From Lama glama (Eukaryota): a DNA stretch of 64,000 bases. How positions within the stretch are numbered: position 1 is the first letter of the stretch; each line of letters begins with the position of its first letter. The translations under genes were made by a program, and so were the position numbers. This document shows positions 38,465-49,509 of the stretch, piece after piece. Location of the stretch: contig CM052818.1 of the NCBI GenBank assembly GCA_028534125.1, positions 22,632,001 to 22,696,000 of the forward strand, written 5' to 3'. The notes under the pieces were generated by a model. The model made no database searches and had not been told where the DNA came from. It saw nothing but the letters and a program-made list of their open reading frames with translations.

Positions 38465-39509
38465 CTAAAGATGGAAGAAAAACAAGAAGAAACAAAGAAT
38501 GCCATATTATTTGTAACATCAACACACATATAATCAAATATCTCACAAATATTCCAAGGCCATCCTTAGTTTACGATGTTATTTTTCTTCTCCCAGTTTA
38601 CCAGGCAAAGATGAGTCTCATAGGCGCATGTATTTTTCAAGGCAGAATTCATTAAGCCATTTATTTCTGTGTGTATCAAGTGCCTGTGGCCCCTATTAAC
38701 AGTAATTAGAGGAAGTACCCTTATATGTTGTGCTACGGAAGGAGTTTTTGTTTGTTAATTTAAAATATTCTCTATTGCGTACATGTCTGAAAATAAGTTA
38801 TCAGAAAAGTATTATTATGAGCCAATGGTTCAGAAACCACCTCAAGGTTTAAGGTGCTTAGAGGAGTCCCACTGATAAAGGCAGAAGTCTGACAGGAAGC
38901 GGTATGTTTTCCATTCCTTTATTTTAATCAATAGATAAAATAATTATTTTACTATTTCTCCCTTTAAAAACAGAATCCCTTTCCAGACTAGTCCCTATCA
39001 AATGAGCATGTGCAGCTGAGACCACAGCATGCTTACAAGGGTTGATAACTTGGTTGATTTATTCCTTAGCGAAACACTATAAACCTGTTTTATTTTGCTC
39101 TGCAGTTTAAATTACTGCTATATAACATTTAAAGTATTCCCTCAATGGATCTTAAGTTTAAGATAGAAAACACTGACACTAAACATTAAGTTAATGAAGT
39201 ACATAAAAAATTATTATGATTCTCTAAGTCTGCCTTGGAATATTCTTCCCCTGATCTCTAAGTTACCTTCATCAGATCAAAATGTTCAAATAGCACATCA
39301 AGGTACCAACTAACACATTAACAAACCAATGTCAGAAAGAAAAAATATAGTGACCATTACAATCAAACTGCACTTGATTTATTGAAAATAATACTGGGCA
39401 CCCATCATGTGTTATTCTTGGAGGACTCCTTGCAAATAGCAGCCTAAAACCTTTCCTCTTATAATTTAAAAAAAAGCTGATTTTTTTTAAACACAAATTT
39501 TAAGAATCT

Positions 39510-39700
39510 TAACCTACTATATAGGACAGGGAATTACACTCAATTTCTTGTAATAAGATATAATGGAAAAGAATATGAAAATATATGTGTGTGTGTATGT
39601 TTATGCATAAACAAATTGCTTTGCTGTACACCTGAAACTAATGTTGTAAATCAACTACATTTCAATTAAAAAATTATAATTTAAAAATTAAAAAAGAAAC
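39510..39700 (+). mobile_element. L1 3' end, cetartiodactyl-type
   Basis: cctactatataggacagggaattacactcaatttcttgtaata...aatggaaaagaatatgaa...ctttgctgtacacctgaaacta...gtaaatcaactacatttcaattaaaaaa. Confidence 0.8.
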
Positions 39701-41201
39701 CTAAATATTAGGCATGAACCTGGATTCTGAATATAAAATGCCACTTGTATTTAAATATACATTTTTACCCAAATAAATCATTACATGTCATTTTAATACG
39801 TCAATAAATGCCTTTCCCTTTACATAATTAACTCAAATTCAGTTAAAGAGTGACAAACAGAAAACACCAAATTCTACCTTTCTTTATATATAAAGATAGA
39901 TCTTATATGTATGTTATATTAAGGTACATTTTTATGACAGACAAATATATACACATAAAATAAATCTTATAAAATTAAAACTGCTTATTTGTCATGTACA
40001 CATTAAAATAATGGAGTAACTATTTAAAGAGATATGTGAGACTATACTTAATGTGAAAGGAGTTTGTAAGTCAAAATTAAGCCACCATTTATAAGATTCT
40101 ATTCATTTTCATTGAAATATAAGTGAACTTCAAAATCTAAGAATTCCCAATTCAAAAACAGTTATGATGTAATCGATGTAAAATTCTGACTAAAATAACC
40201 TGATTTTCCACAAAGTGTTTCCCTTTGTTCTCCCATGGTGCAGAAAATGGTTAGACATGTGCTATTTCTATGAAGACAATAATCTGTCTGGCTCACACCT
40301 TCCTTGGTTGCAGGAAAGATAATTATATGATTTGGTTTAAAAGCCTTTTCTAGTGGAGTATGGAGCCGAGTCACAAATGTTCTTTATCCCTATGTCCTTA
40401 TGGCAGTAGGCTACCCCTCACCCCAAAGAGCTGCTGAGAGACGAAAACTGGGCAACAAGCAGACTTTTAATAAATATTAGAGTCCTTTCTTCTTCCACAC
40501 GAGGCCACTTTGATTGGAAAGAAAGAGATGATCGTGTCACCAATGTCCAATTTAAGAGATTACATTGTTTTCTGAGGTTTTAAATAAATATTAAGAATGT
40601 ACTGACTACCTAACAGTTCATCTCACCAACCCAATTTAACATCAAGGGCAGATATAATACTGCCAGTGTCTGTTGGGTTTTTACATGAATAAATAATGAA
40701 AAGTACACCAGGGCCCTGAGGCCAAAAGCAAGCATCACAGAACAGCATCTTCCAAACCAGTGCTCTGAGGAAACCTGGTCTGAGGACTATAAATAGCAGT
40801 GTATCCACACACTGGTCTTTCCCACAGAATTCTTTGGAGCCTTTAATTTGTTAAATATACTGAGAAACTCCAAAAGGAGGTTTGGTGTATTTTGTGGGAC
40901 CACGGTTTGCACAAAGCTAATTAACAACTCTGAACGCAGCTTAGCAAACACTGCTGTGGAATATTCAATAAACACAGGACATCACAGAAGCAAATCAAAG
41001 GAAACCCAATACCTAGATTCAGCATCCCAGCAGAAGGTGAGGAGGTGCATCTGCTCACTGAGGCTACGAATTCTCTGTGCAGGCCTCTGTGCCGCACTGA
41101 ACCCTCACACCTCGCACCCCACAGGGGCAGCAGAGTCCCCTGCCCTTCACCCACTCCAGTTTCAAAGGAGGGAGAAAACTGCTCTGCTGGAGAAAACTTA
41201 C

Positions 41202-41326
41202 CATAGCAGCTCTCACAGGCTCGCCCAAGGAGAGGATTCTGTGGCTGGAACGTGGTTCCCACGGCTCCATTCACAGCACCTGGTTTGCCATTGCTGGTGG
41301 ATATCTGATTGGGATTTGGTTTGCTG
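41202..41326 (-). CDS. MTA3: MTA3 coding exon (exon 12 equivalent; start of GATA zinc finger); alternative acceptor at 41323
   Basis: aaag|CAG|C tandem acceptor; encodes [41 protein letters not shown]; donor G|gtaagt. Confidence 0.96.
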
Positions 41327-43379
41327 CTTTCAATGAAATATAAAGTGAAGTGATAAAAATGACTTGTATAACAAAGCAAAAGGCTCTATATTTCATTACT
41401 GATCTATCTTAATTACACATAAATAAACATCTGAATGTTCGGTGAAAATGAAATACACTGGTAAGAGTAAAAATGAACCAAAACAATTAATCATTACAAA
41501 CCAAGGCTATGTAAAAGCCAGTCTCTTAAGCCCAACACTCACGAAATTAAATACAGCCATATCTCCTCTCCATCCAAAACAATTTCCTGAGGACACCCTC
41601 TGATACTTTTTTGAAAGATATAAGTTATTAAGTTTTATCACTTATCATAAATTCTGCTGAGAAAATAAAATAACTTTTGGATCAAATAAATGAAGCCAAA
41701 GGCAGTGTGCTGTGTTTAGAGAAAACCACTGTCCCATTCCTGCTGTTGGTGTGACAGCTGCTGACCCTACCCACTGGCTCTCAAGGGAACTGCACGAAAG
41801 CCACAAGCTCAACAGACACTGTGGATCAACAGGGTGTATCTCTAGAGGTGAGTCAGCATTTTGGGATACTGTGACCACTCATGATTTCTATTATGTTTGA
41901 GTTTTTAATGAGGAATATTACATAACTTGAAATTAGAAAAACCAACACGTGTATTTTGAGCTATTTCCTTTTTTAGAGGAAAAAGGTAACATCTATCAGA
42001 TTCCCCAGAGGCTACAATTCCTCAGAAACATGGAGCCTAGACTACCTTGGTATTTACTGTGCAAACATGGCTACCTTTTCCCCATCTAGGTCAGCTAACT
42101 CCGTTGCTTAAAAGTCATACCCAAGAATACTGCACAAGTATACATAACATGTCCTCAGTACACTCATAATTCATTCAACATATATTTATTCAGTGCCTAG
42201 TAAACCAAAGTGCCAACATCAAGGAACTTCCATTCTAGAGGAGCTTTCATGTCTATTTGCTGGGCAGAAAATAAGCAAGGTCAATTAGCAAATTATTTGT
42301 TAGAAACGAATACTGCTGAACGATTAAATGCAGACCACACCCTTTCTTCCTGTGGCTACTGAACTAATGGAGCTCACAACCTTCAAGACACTTGGAATTT
42401 CCCCACAGAGTAGGCTCATGAGTTTTCTTTTTCCTGTTTCTCATTCCCACGTTTACATTTACCGGTGAAAGCCTAATATGTAAATTTGGCCTGATGACAA
42501 ATTAAGAATTCTTTCTGGTGCTGTTACTGTAACTGTTAGGTGACACCCCATCACCACCTCAGAAAGCATCACTTAGCCTCTGTGTGCACCGAGGGCCCCA
42601 TTCTATAGACAGGGCTATTATTTACACTTCTAATCTGTGCCAGCAATGTATTTTGAAGACAAATTGATTTCAAAAACACATTTTAACCTAGACAGAATGA
42701 ATTTCTCATTTTTCCAAAATTTTTCTGTTGGAAATGTACAAAATGAAAAGTCGTGATTTACAATGACTAAGAATTCCAGGGATATGTAAAAATATTTCTT
42801 ATTTTTTAAACCTACTATATAGATAGAAATGATGGCCCCTTGAAGTCAAATGGCTGATAATGTCAAAAGACTTCCCCCAAATATGAAAATTTCTGTCATT
42901 TAACCCAGGGCTAAATACATGCATTGAAAAGGAGCTAATACGAACTTGCAGTTGAGCTGCCTGAAAAAAAGAATGAGAGTAAACATGACTTTAGTTATTC
43001 AATTGAATCTAGAATGTTGTTCGACTGAATAAAACACTGACCTTAATTCTAATCATCACAAAAGGAAAATGAGCGTGCAAAGACTGAATGTAGACATGTG
43101 AACCACTTAAAATGTTTTGTAAAACCAGGTACCTACAGATTAATTCTCAGGGGACAAATGGCTGATGTCAATGTGACCATCTGAATAAACTTTGACTGTA
43201 AGATAAATATATTTAAAAAAAACTTTTAAAGCTGCATTATATGAAACTGCCCTTCCTTTAGCTAATGCCCAAACTTTTCCTCTCTTCGTCTGTGCTCCAG
43301 ATTCCACCCCTTCTGCCCTCTTGAGAACTTTGTACACTGATTCTCTTTCTTGGACCCTCCTCATTAACTTGTAAACATA

Positions 43380-44560
43380 TTTCTCCTATTTAAAAAACTT
43401 TCATTACTGTATCCCAACTCACCCGTCAAAGCCAAGAACTCTCCCTCGGCTGCCTTTTCTGGCCAGTTATCTTGAGTTTCCAACCTTCACTGTCTGCAGT
43501 CCTCAGCACTACACTGAAGATCACCGATGACCTCTATGTTGCTAAATTCCCTGGCTAGTTTTCACTAGCATTTGATGCTGTTAACCTCTTTCCCTCCTGG
43601 AAACATACTTCTCCCTCAACTTGTGTGATAATGTACTCACCTGGTTACTATACTCTACCTGATACAGAAATACTAGATTTGGTCCAAGAAATACTCAAGT
43701 TTGGTCCAAAGCCTTTTTCCTCATTACTTCCTAAGAAATCTCATCCATAGTTTTAAGCACAATATTATATGCGGATGAAGCTCAAATCTGTACCTCTAGC
43801 CCATAACTTTCCCGAGTTTAAGACCAATATATCCAACAGCATATTCAACACCTCTTTTGGTGACCAGCAAAGCAATTCCCCTAGCTGTGCTAGCCAGAAA
43901 CCTGGGACTCAACTTGACATCTCCCCTCTATCCCTCCATACAAGTCAGTCACCTCTAAGCAGCACACCATTTCCAGGCCACAGCTCTAGGTCCAACTTTC
44001 CTCTCCAAGAACTTCATTGTTGGCCTCCTTACAGCCACTCTCCCCTCCCCCATACCACTTTCTAAAATACAGCCAGTGATCATAAAGTATATACAAACTT
44101 GATCATGACACTTCCTTGTTTAAAATCCATTTCTGCTGTTCATCAGATGAGTAACTTCTGGCCCTTACCTACCATACTGGCCTCCCATGGCTCACCACTC
44201 TCTCTTCACACCAGCCCCACTGCCTTTCTCTCAGCTCCTTAACTATGTTCTGTCCCTTCCCATCTCATGATCCCTTTGGCCTGGAAAGCCTCTATCACAT
44301 GGTTAATTCCTCCTCTTCCTCCTCGTCCAGAGTTCATGCAAACTCACCTCCTCAAGGAATCTTTCCTGACGGCATCAACTGAGAGTGGTCTCCTAGCATA
44401 TGCACTCACAAAAGCTATTCCTCTCCAACACAGTACTCACCACACTGGGTGACTAGCTGTTTGGCTTGTCTCCCCCACAATAGAATGTAGGCTCCAGAAA
44501 GACAACCTGTCTCTTAACTGAACAGTACTGAACAGAGTGCTTGCATACAGGAGACTGCAG
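43380..44560 (+). mobile_element. L2 LINE, long degraded 3' portion
   Basis: gatcaccgatgacctctatgttgctaaattcc, agcatttgatgctgttaacc and tctcccccacaatagaatgtaggctccagaaagaca are L2 hallmarks. Confidence 0.75.
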
Positions 44561-44783
44561 ACTCGAAAGAGTGACAGTATAAAACAATTCTTAATCTATT
44601 ATTTGTCTTAAAATAATGTTTCAGAATTAATTCTTCAAAGAACTCAGATTCTTATCCAACTCAACAATACAGATTCATAACTTCTATTTACATATATTCT
44701 ATTTACATATATGATTTATATTACCTTTAGAAAAAGTATCATTAGAAACTCCATCTCAATCTCTAAAAATCATTCACTTTCAT

Positions 44784-44970
44784 CAGGGGTTGGCAGAGTA
44801 AATATTTTAAGCTTTGTGGGTATTATAATTTCAGTCACAACCACTGAATGCTGCCATTGTAGCACAAAAGGAGACTTAGTACATAAATGGATGAACATGG
44901 CTGTGTTCCAATAACACTTCATTTATAAAATCTGGTGGCAGGTCAGATTTGGTCTGCACACTGGTCCTTG
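44784..44970 (-). mobile_element. MER58-like hAT-Charlie DNA transposon fossil
   Basis: Starts CAGGGGTTGGCA; contains gtaaatattttaagctttgtggg and catggctgtgttccaataacacttcattta, typical of MER58A. Confidence 0.75.
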
Positions 44971-45136
44971 ACTTAGATCAAGACTCCAAAAGTCAATGTA
45001 AAACAGAATAGAAATAATTATCTGGGTTACTTGGTGAAAACTGGTCAAATGTACCTTTCCTTTGATGTGACAGACCTACAAAGTATAAGAAAGCTGGTGT
45101 GCTTTTGAAAATCTAAGACACAGAAATCACGACAGA

Positions 45137-45225
45137 TTTTCCCCCCTTAACAGAGGCACCAGGATGGAACCCAGGACCTCGTGCACACCAAGCACACACT
45201 CTACCACTGAACTATATACTTCCCC
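45137..45225 (-). mobile_element. Short tRNA-derived SINE, Vic-1-like (camelid)
   Basis: Minus strand GGGGAAGTATATAGTTCAGTGGTAGAGTGTGTGCTTGGTGTGCACGAGGTCCTGGGTTCCATCCTGGTGCCTC: A box and B box; degenerate flanking repeat cac(g/a)aca(g)atttt. Confidence 0.75.
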
Positions 45226-46265
45226 TACTTCCACAACAATTTTTTCTTTGGAGGGTTGTTCTTTCAAAAATTAGTCAAATAAATTACGTAATTTACTAAA
45301 ATACTAGAAACCACTCTGCAGAAGGGACATTACAGCTCTGAATAAAAATTATGGACTGTGTAAATTACATGTTTTCTGCCTTGAGATAAACGATTCGTAA
45401 GAAATACCACAATTCATTGTCCATGAGACTCCTACGTATAAAAATATGTATTACTATATCAAAATTTAGCAATCAAAAGGCTAGGTATAAAACAAGTGTA
45501 CTGAGCTCAAAAGGGGAAAAATCTTGAATCAATACATAGAACTCTGTAGTAAATTTCATTTTAATCAGCAAAGAACCTAGGATAGCACTACATACATTGT
45601 GCTCAATAAACTAAATTTTCCTGAACACGTGAACTGTCAAAATCTAAAGACCTCAAACAAAGATAATTGATTTAATGAAAAGAAAACTGGCATTCATCTT
45701 GATATGACAATGATTTCTAACCTCAAAGGATAATAATGATAGAATGCTAGGCATCTGAAACAATCGAAGTCTGTTTATTACTTAACCAATATTTACAAAG
45801 TTTGGTTCTAATTGCTTTCCCTGACCTTTCCCAAGCAAATAATGTAAAATCCGCAATCAAATAAACAACATACCTCAAAAGAGCAATGCACACTAACCCA
45901 ACAAAATACATTATACAATATAGAAGTTTCAAAAGATGTTAGCTTTCTGAAACACATTTGCTTCAAATAACAGTTTCATAGGTTAGTTTTCTAACACTTT
46001 TCCTGCAGCTTTGATATAAATATGGTACATGGTTTTTTCTTCTTGTCCTTTTGTTAGTCTACTTGGGGATACTCCCACTAACCATTTTTCTTTCTAAAGA
46101 ATCATTGTAGTGGCATTATAATGGAAAGCAAACTGTGTTTTATAGTGGAAGAAAATAAGGTACATAAAGAAATTCAAATTTGGCTGAAACTGACCAAATG
46201 TACCTATTTTGTTTCTGACAGAATTAATTCCAAGGCAAAAAATTTAAAAGATTTCCATTACTTAC

Positions 46266-46324
46266 TAAGTTGGGATATACACTTGTTTCAGTTTACTCTC
46301 AGCTTCTGCTGCTTTTAGACGTTT
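46266..46324 (-). CDS. MTA3: MTA3 coding exon (exon 11 equivalent)
   Basis: attag|AAA acceptor and TA|gtaagt donor; encodes KRLKAAEAESKLKQVYIPT(Y); 59 bp. Confidence 0.97.
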
Positions 46325-46587
46325 CTAATTCAAAAGACAGATAAAATATTTTACACACAATGTCTAGTAATTATTACTAATTCGTTTTAAAAATCCACAA
46401 GAAAATAAAATACTAAAGCACAATTCAAAAATCGCCTTTTAAGATGAGCTTTTCTTTCATGTGTATATTCTTAAAGTGCAGTAATTTGTAAGAAAAGATA
46501 CTAAAAATTCTGAGGTACAGAACTCCCAAGTATTAACAACATTTTAGACATAAATTTAAAAAGTAAAATAATGAACAACTCTATTAT

Positions 46588-47087
46588 NNNNNNNNNNNNN
46601 NNNNNNNNNNNNNNNNNNNNNNNNNNNNNNNNNNNNNNNNNNNNNNNNNNNNNNNNNNNNNNNNNNNNNNNNNNNNNNNNNNNNNNNNNNNNNNNNNNNN
46701 NNNNNNNNNNNNNNNNNNNNNNNNNNNNNNNNNNNNNNNNNNNNNNNNNNNNNNNNNNNNNNNNNNNNNNNNNNNNNNNNNNNNNNNNNNNNNNNNNNNN
46801 NNNNNNNNNNNNNNNNNNNNNNNNNNNNNNNNNNNNNNNNNNNNNNNNNNNNNNNNNNNNNNNNNNNNNNNNNNNNNNNNNNNNNNNNNNNNNNNNNNNN
46901 NNNNNNNNNNNNNNNNNNNNNNNNNNNNNNNNNNNNNNNNNNNNNNNNNNNNNNNNNNNNNNNNNNNNNNNNNNNNNNNNNNNNNNNNNNNNNNNNNNNN
47001 NNNNNNNNNNNNNNNNNNNNNNNNNNNNNNNNNNNNNNNNNNNNNNNNNNNNNNNNNNNNNNNNNNNNNNNNNNNNNNNNNNNNNNN
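46588..47087. other. Assembly gap (500 N)
   Basis: Run of N; both flanks carry the same 199-bp sequence. Confidence 0.99.
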
Positions 47088-48740
47088 AAAAATCCACAAG
47101 AAAATAAAATACTAAAGCACAATTCAAAAATCGCCTTTTAAGATGAGCTTTTCTTTCATGTGTATATTCTTAAAGTGCAGTAATTTGTAAGAAAAGATAC
47201 TAAAAATTCTGAGGTACAGAACTCCCAAGTATTAACAACATTTTAGACATAAATTTAAAAAGTAAAATAATGAACAACTCTATTATCCATTCTTCCATGA
47301 ATGGATGAACAGATAAAGTAACCATTTTTACTTTTCAAATTTTGTTTCTATTTTGTTTCTTTTCTACCTTTCTGGGAGGAAAAAAACACAAATAATCTTT
47401 GCTTTTAGAAAATCATTCAGGAGATGATTAGTTTCCAAAGTCCATGCAAAAGAAAGAGACTAACTAATCTAAGTCCAATTAAACAAGCATCTACCCTCAA
47501 GTGCTGGGAGATAGTCGGTGTACTTTAAAGCTTGGCTGAACTCATGTCACATTTTTAGGAACCAATTAAGAGCCAAACGCAAGGAAAGGAATGGGGAAAA
47601 TTTTTATTATATGATCAAGTCCAGAGATTGAGCAACATAATAACAAATGCAAATAGGGAAGAAAAATAAGTATGGTAGACATCCAAAATTAAGACAGATC
47701 AGAATAGAAAGCATATAATGCAATCCTTCATTTTCTCAATGAGAAGGAAACAGAAACATTTAAGGATACAAAACTTTTAAAGAAGGAACTGGAATATTTG
47801 GAAACAATTTTCTCCAAACACATTTCAACCATCCATAATGCCATCATCTCCACCATCTGCAGGAAATCGTTTTACTCTGAATTACCCAGGCTCCCTGAGC
47901 ACATGGTCTTCACAGCTACCTAAGATGTTTGAAATAAACACTTTTTGAATTATATATGGTGTTGATGCTAGAAATCTAACAAGCCATGGGTATCTATTCA
48001 ATATTCACAGTCTCAACAACTCACTATGGTAATTTTTAAAGTGATCCTTCAATTGTATATTTATAGCATCCAATCACATACTTTGGAAAAATATTGTCTG
48101 TGTTAAATATATTTGCCCCTTTCTTTACTAGTTCTGACATGTGACCAGAAGAATATAAAAACAAGTACTGACTAAGGTCACTTCAGGAAATTGTACCTTT
48201 CTACAGAAGTAATATTACTCAAAACAGGTAACTGAGAGGATTACTCAATTTGGGACATTTGGGAAGCATTAAAAAAAATTAGTGATTCCTTGCTTTTAGA
48301 GAAATTTTTGGAGAAAAATTTATGTACAGTACCAAAGCATCAAACTGATAAAGACCAACTACCACAGTTAAGATCAAAGACTTAGGGGTGTACAAATATC
48401 ACACATGAGGAGGTTTCAGAGGCTCTTTTACACATCTCAAGTCATTCCCGTCAAGAATACTCACAAAGAGATAAAGGACCAGGTACCTGCAAGGAAAACA
48501 GTACCTCTCTAGTGGTACCCTTCCCTGCCATCTTTTCAAAATATTTATCATAATGGACTCTGAAGAAAATATTAAGACTAAAATCTCAAAATAATAAAGA
48601 TATGAAATCATGTAGTTTAAAATGGTCTAGAAAGGATAAAGCAAACAAATTTAAAATTAAGTATATAGCTAAGAAATATTAACACAAAATAGAAAGTTCA
48701 CTTCAATGTAATTGTGTTGGTAGCAATATGAAAAACTCAC

Positions 48741-48815
48741 CTGCTGCACGTATCTGTCAGTAGTTTTCCACATGTAATAATATTCAATGATGCTAGTCAA
48801 CGATTTCCAAGGGAG
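48741..48815 (-). CDS. MTA3: MTA3 coding exon (exon 10 equivalent; SANT)
   Basis: tttcag|CTC acceptor and CAG|gtgagt donor; encodes [25 protein letters not shown]; 75 bp. Confidence 0.97.
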
Positions 48816-49509
48816 CTGAAAAAATATTTAACATGATAATGAAAACAAGCTACTGTAGAAACTGTTTTCCTTTAAAATCACTTCTTTACAATAATGAGGC
48901 AAATATCCACACGGAAGATGCGTTCTGAAAGAAATGTTTGAGAAAACTGAAATTACTTCTTAGTAAATGGTCCCCAAACAAGTTCTACTCAGCTAGACAA
49001 CACATTCCATCTCTCTCAACTCCATTTTGTTAAAAACAATAAGCCTTATGACTGATAATATTTCATGAGTTACTCAGAAAAGTTTTTCTCAGAGTATAGG
49101 TGGGGTTAAAGTACAACTTTTAGAAATGATATTTAAATAGATTGGGCCTGAGTTCTTTAACTTGCAAAGATGCCACCTACAACTAGATGTCATTTGGTCT
49201 CTGGCATATTTCTCATCCTTTTCAAAACTGCTCTATTTAGACCTATTTTGTTGTAAATAAAATGAAAACCTAAATCTCTGAAAAAGAACATAGCCGGGTG
49301 TAGTTCATATTAGAAAAATAGGAAGCCTGCCTTTGCTGTTTGCCATAATTATTCAAAAATGGACAAATGAGTCTCTACATATGAGACCCACAAATAAAGA
49401 ATATATTCAGTATGTTCCCCTGCAACAGGAGATCTGTTAGTCATCCAAGATGCAAATCAGGGCAGATCAAAACTTCAAACAAAATGACTGGTGACATTCA
49501 GTTTTAGCT

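Noticed and set aside
18001..43710. Short direct repeats (cacagtgt x3 at 18001; ataaatgccaa x2 near 26230-26265; tcatactg x2 at 35121; about 22-bp pair at 43668-43711) as a possible array or CRISPR-like structure
   Set aside because: Isolated two- or three-copy slippage duplications with no regular spacers; mammalian context.
45137..45225. Possible tRNA gene
   Set aside because: No convincing cloverleaf, degenerate B box and no oligo-T terminator; better explained as a SINE.
46501..47127. Poly-X ORFs of 171-208 aa
   Set aside because: Artefacts of translating the N gap.
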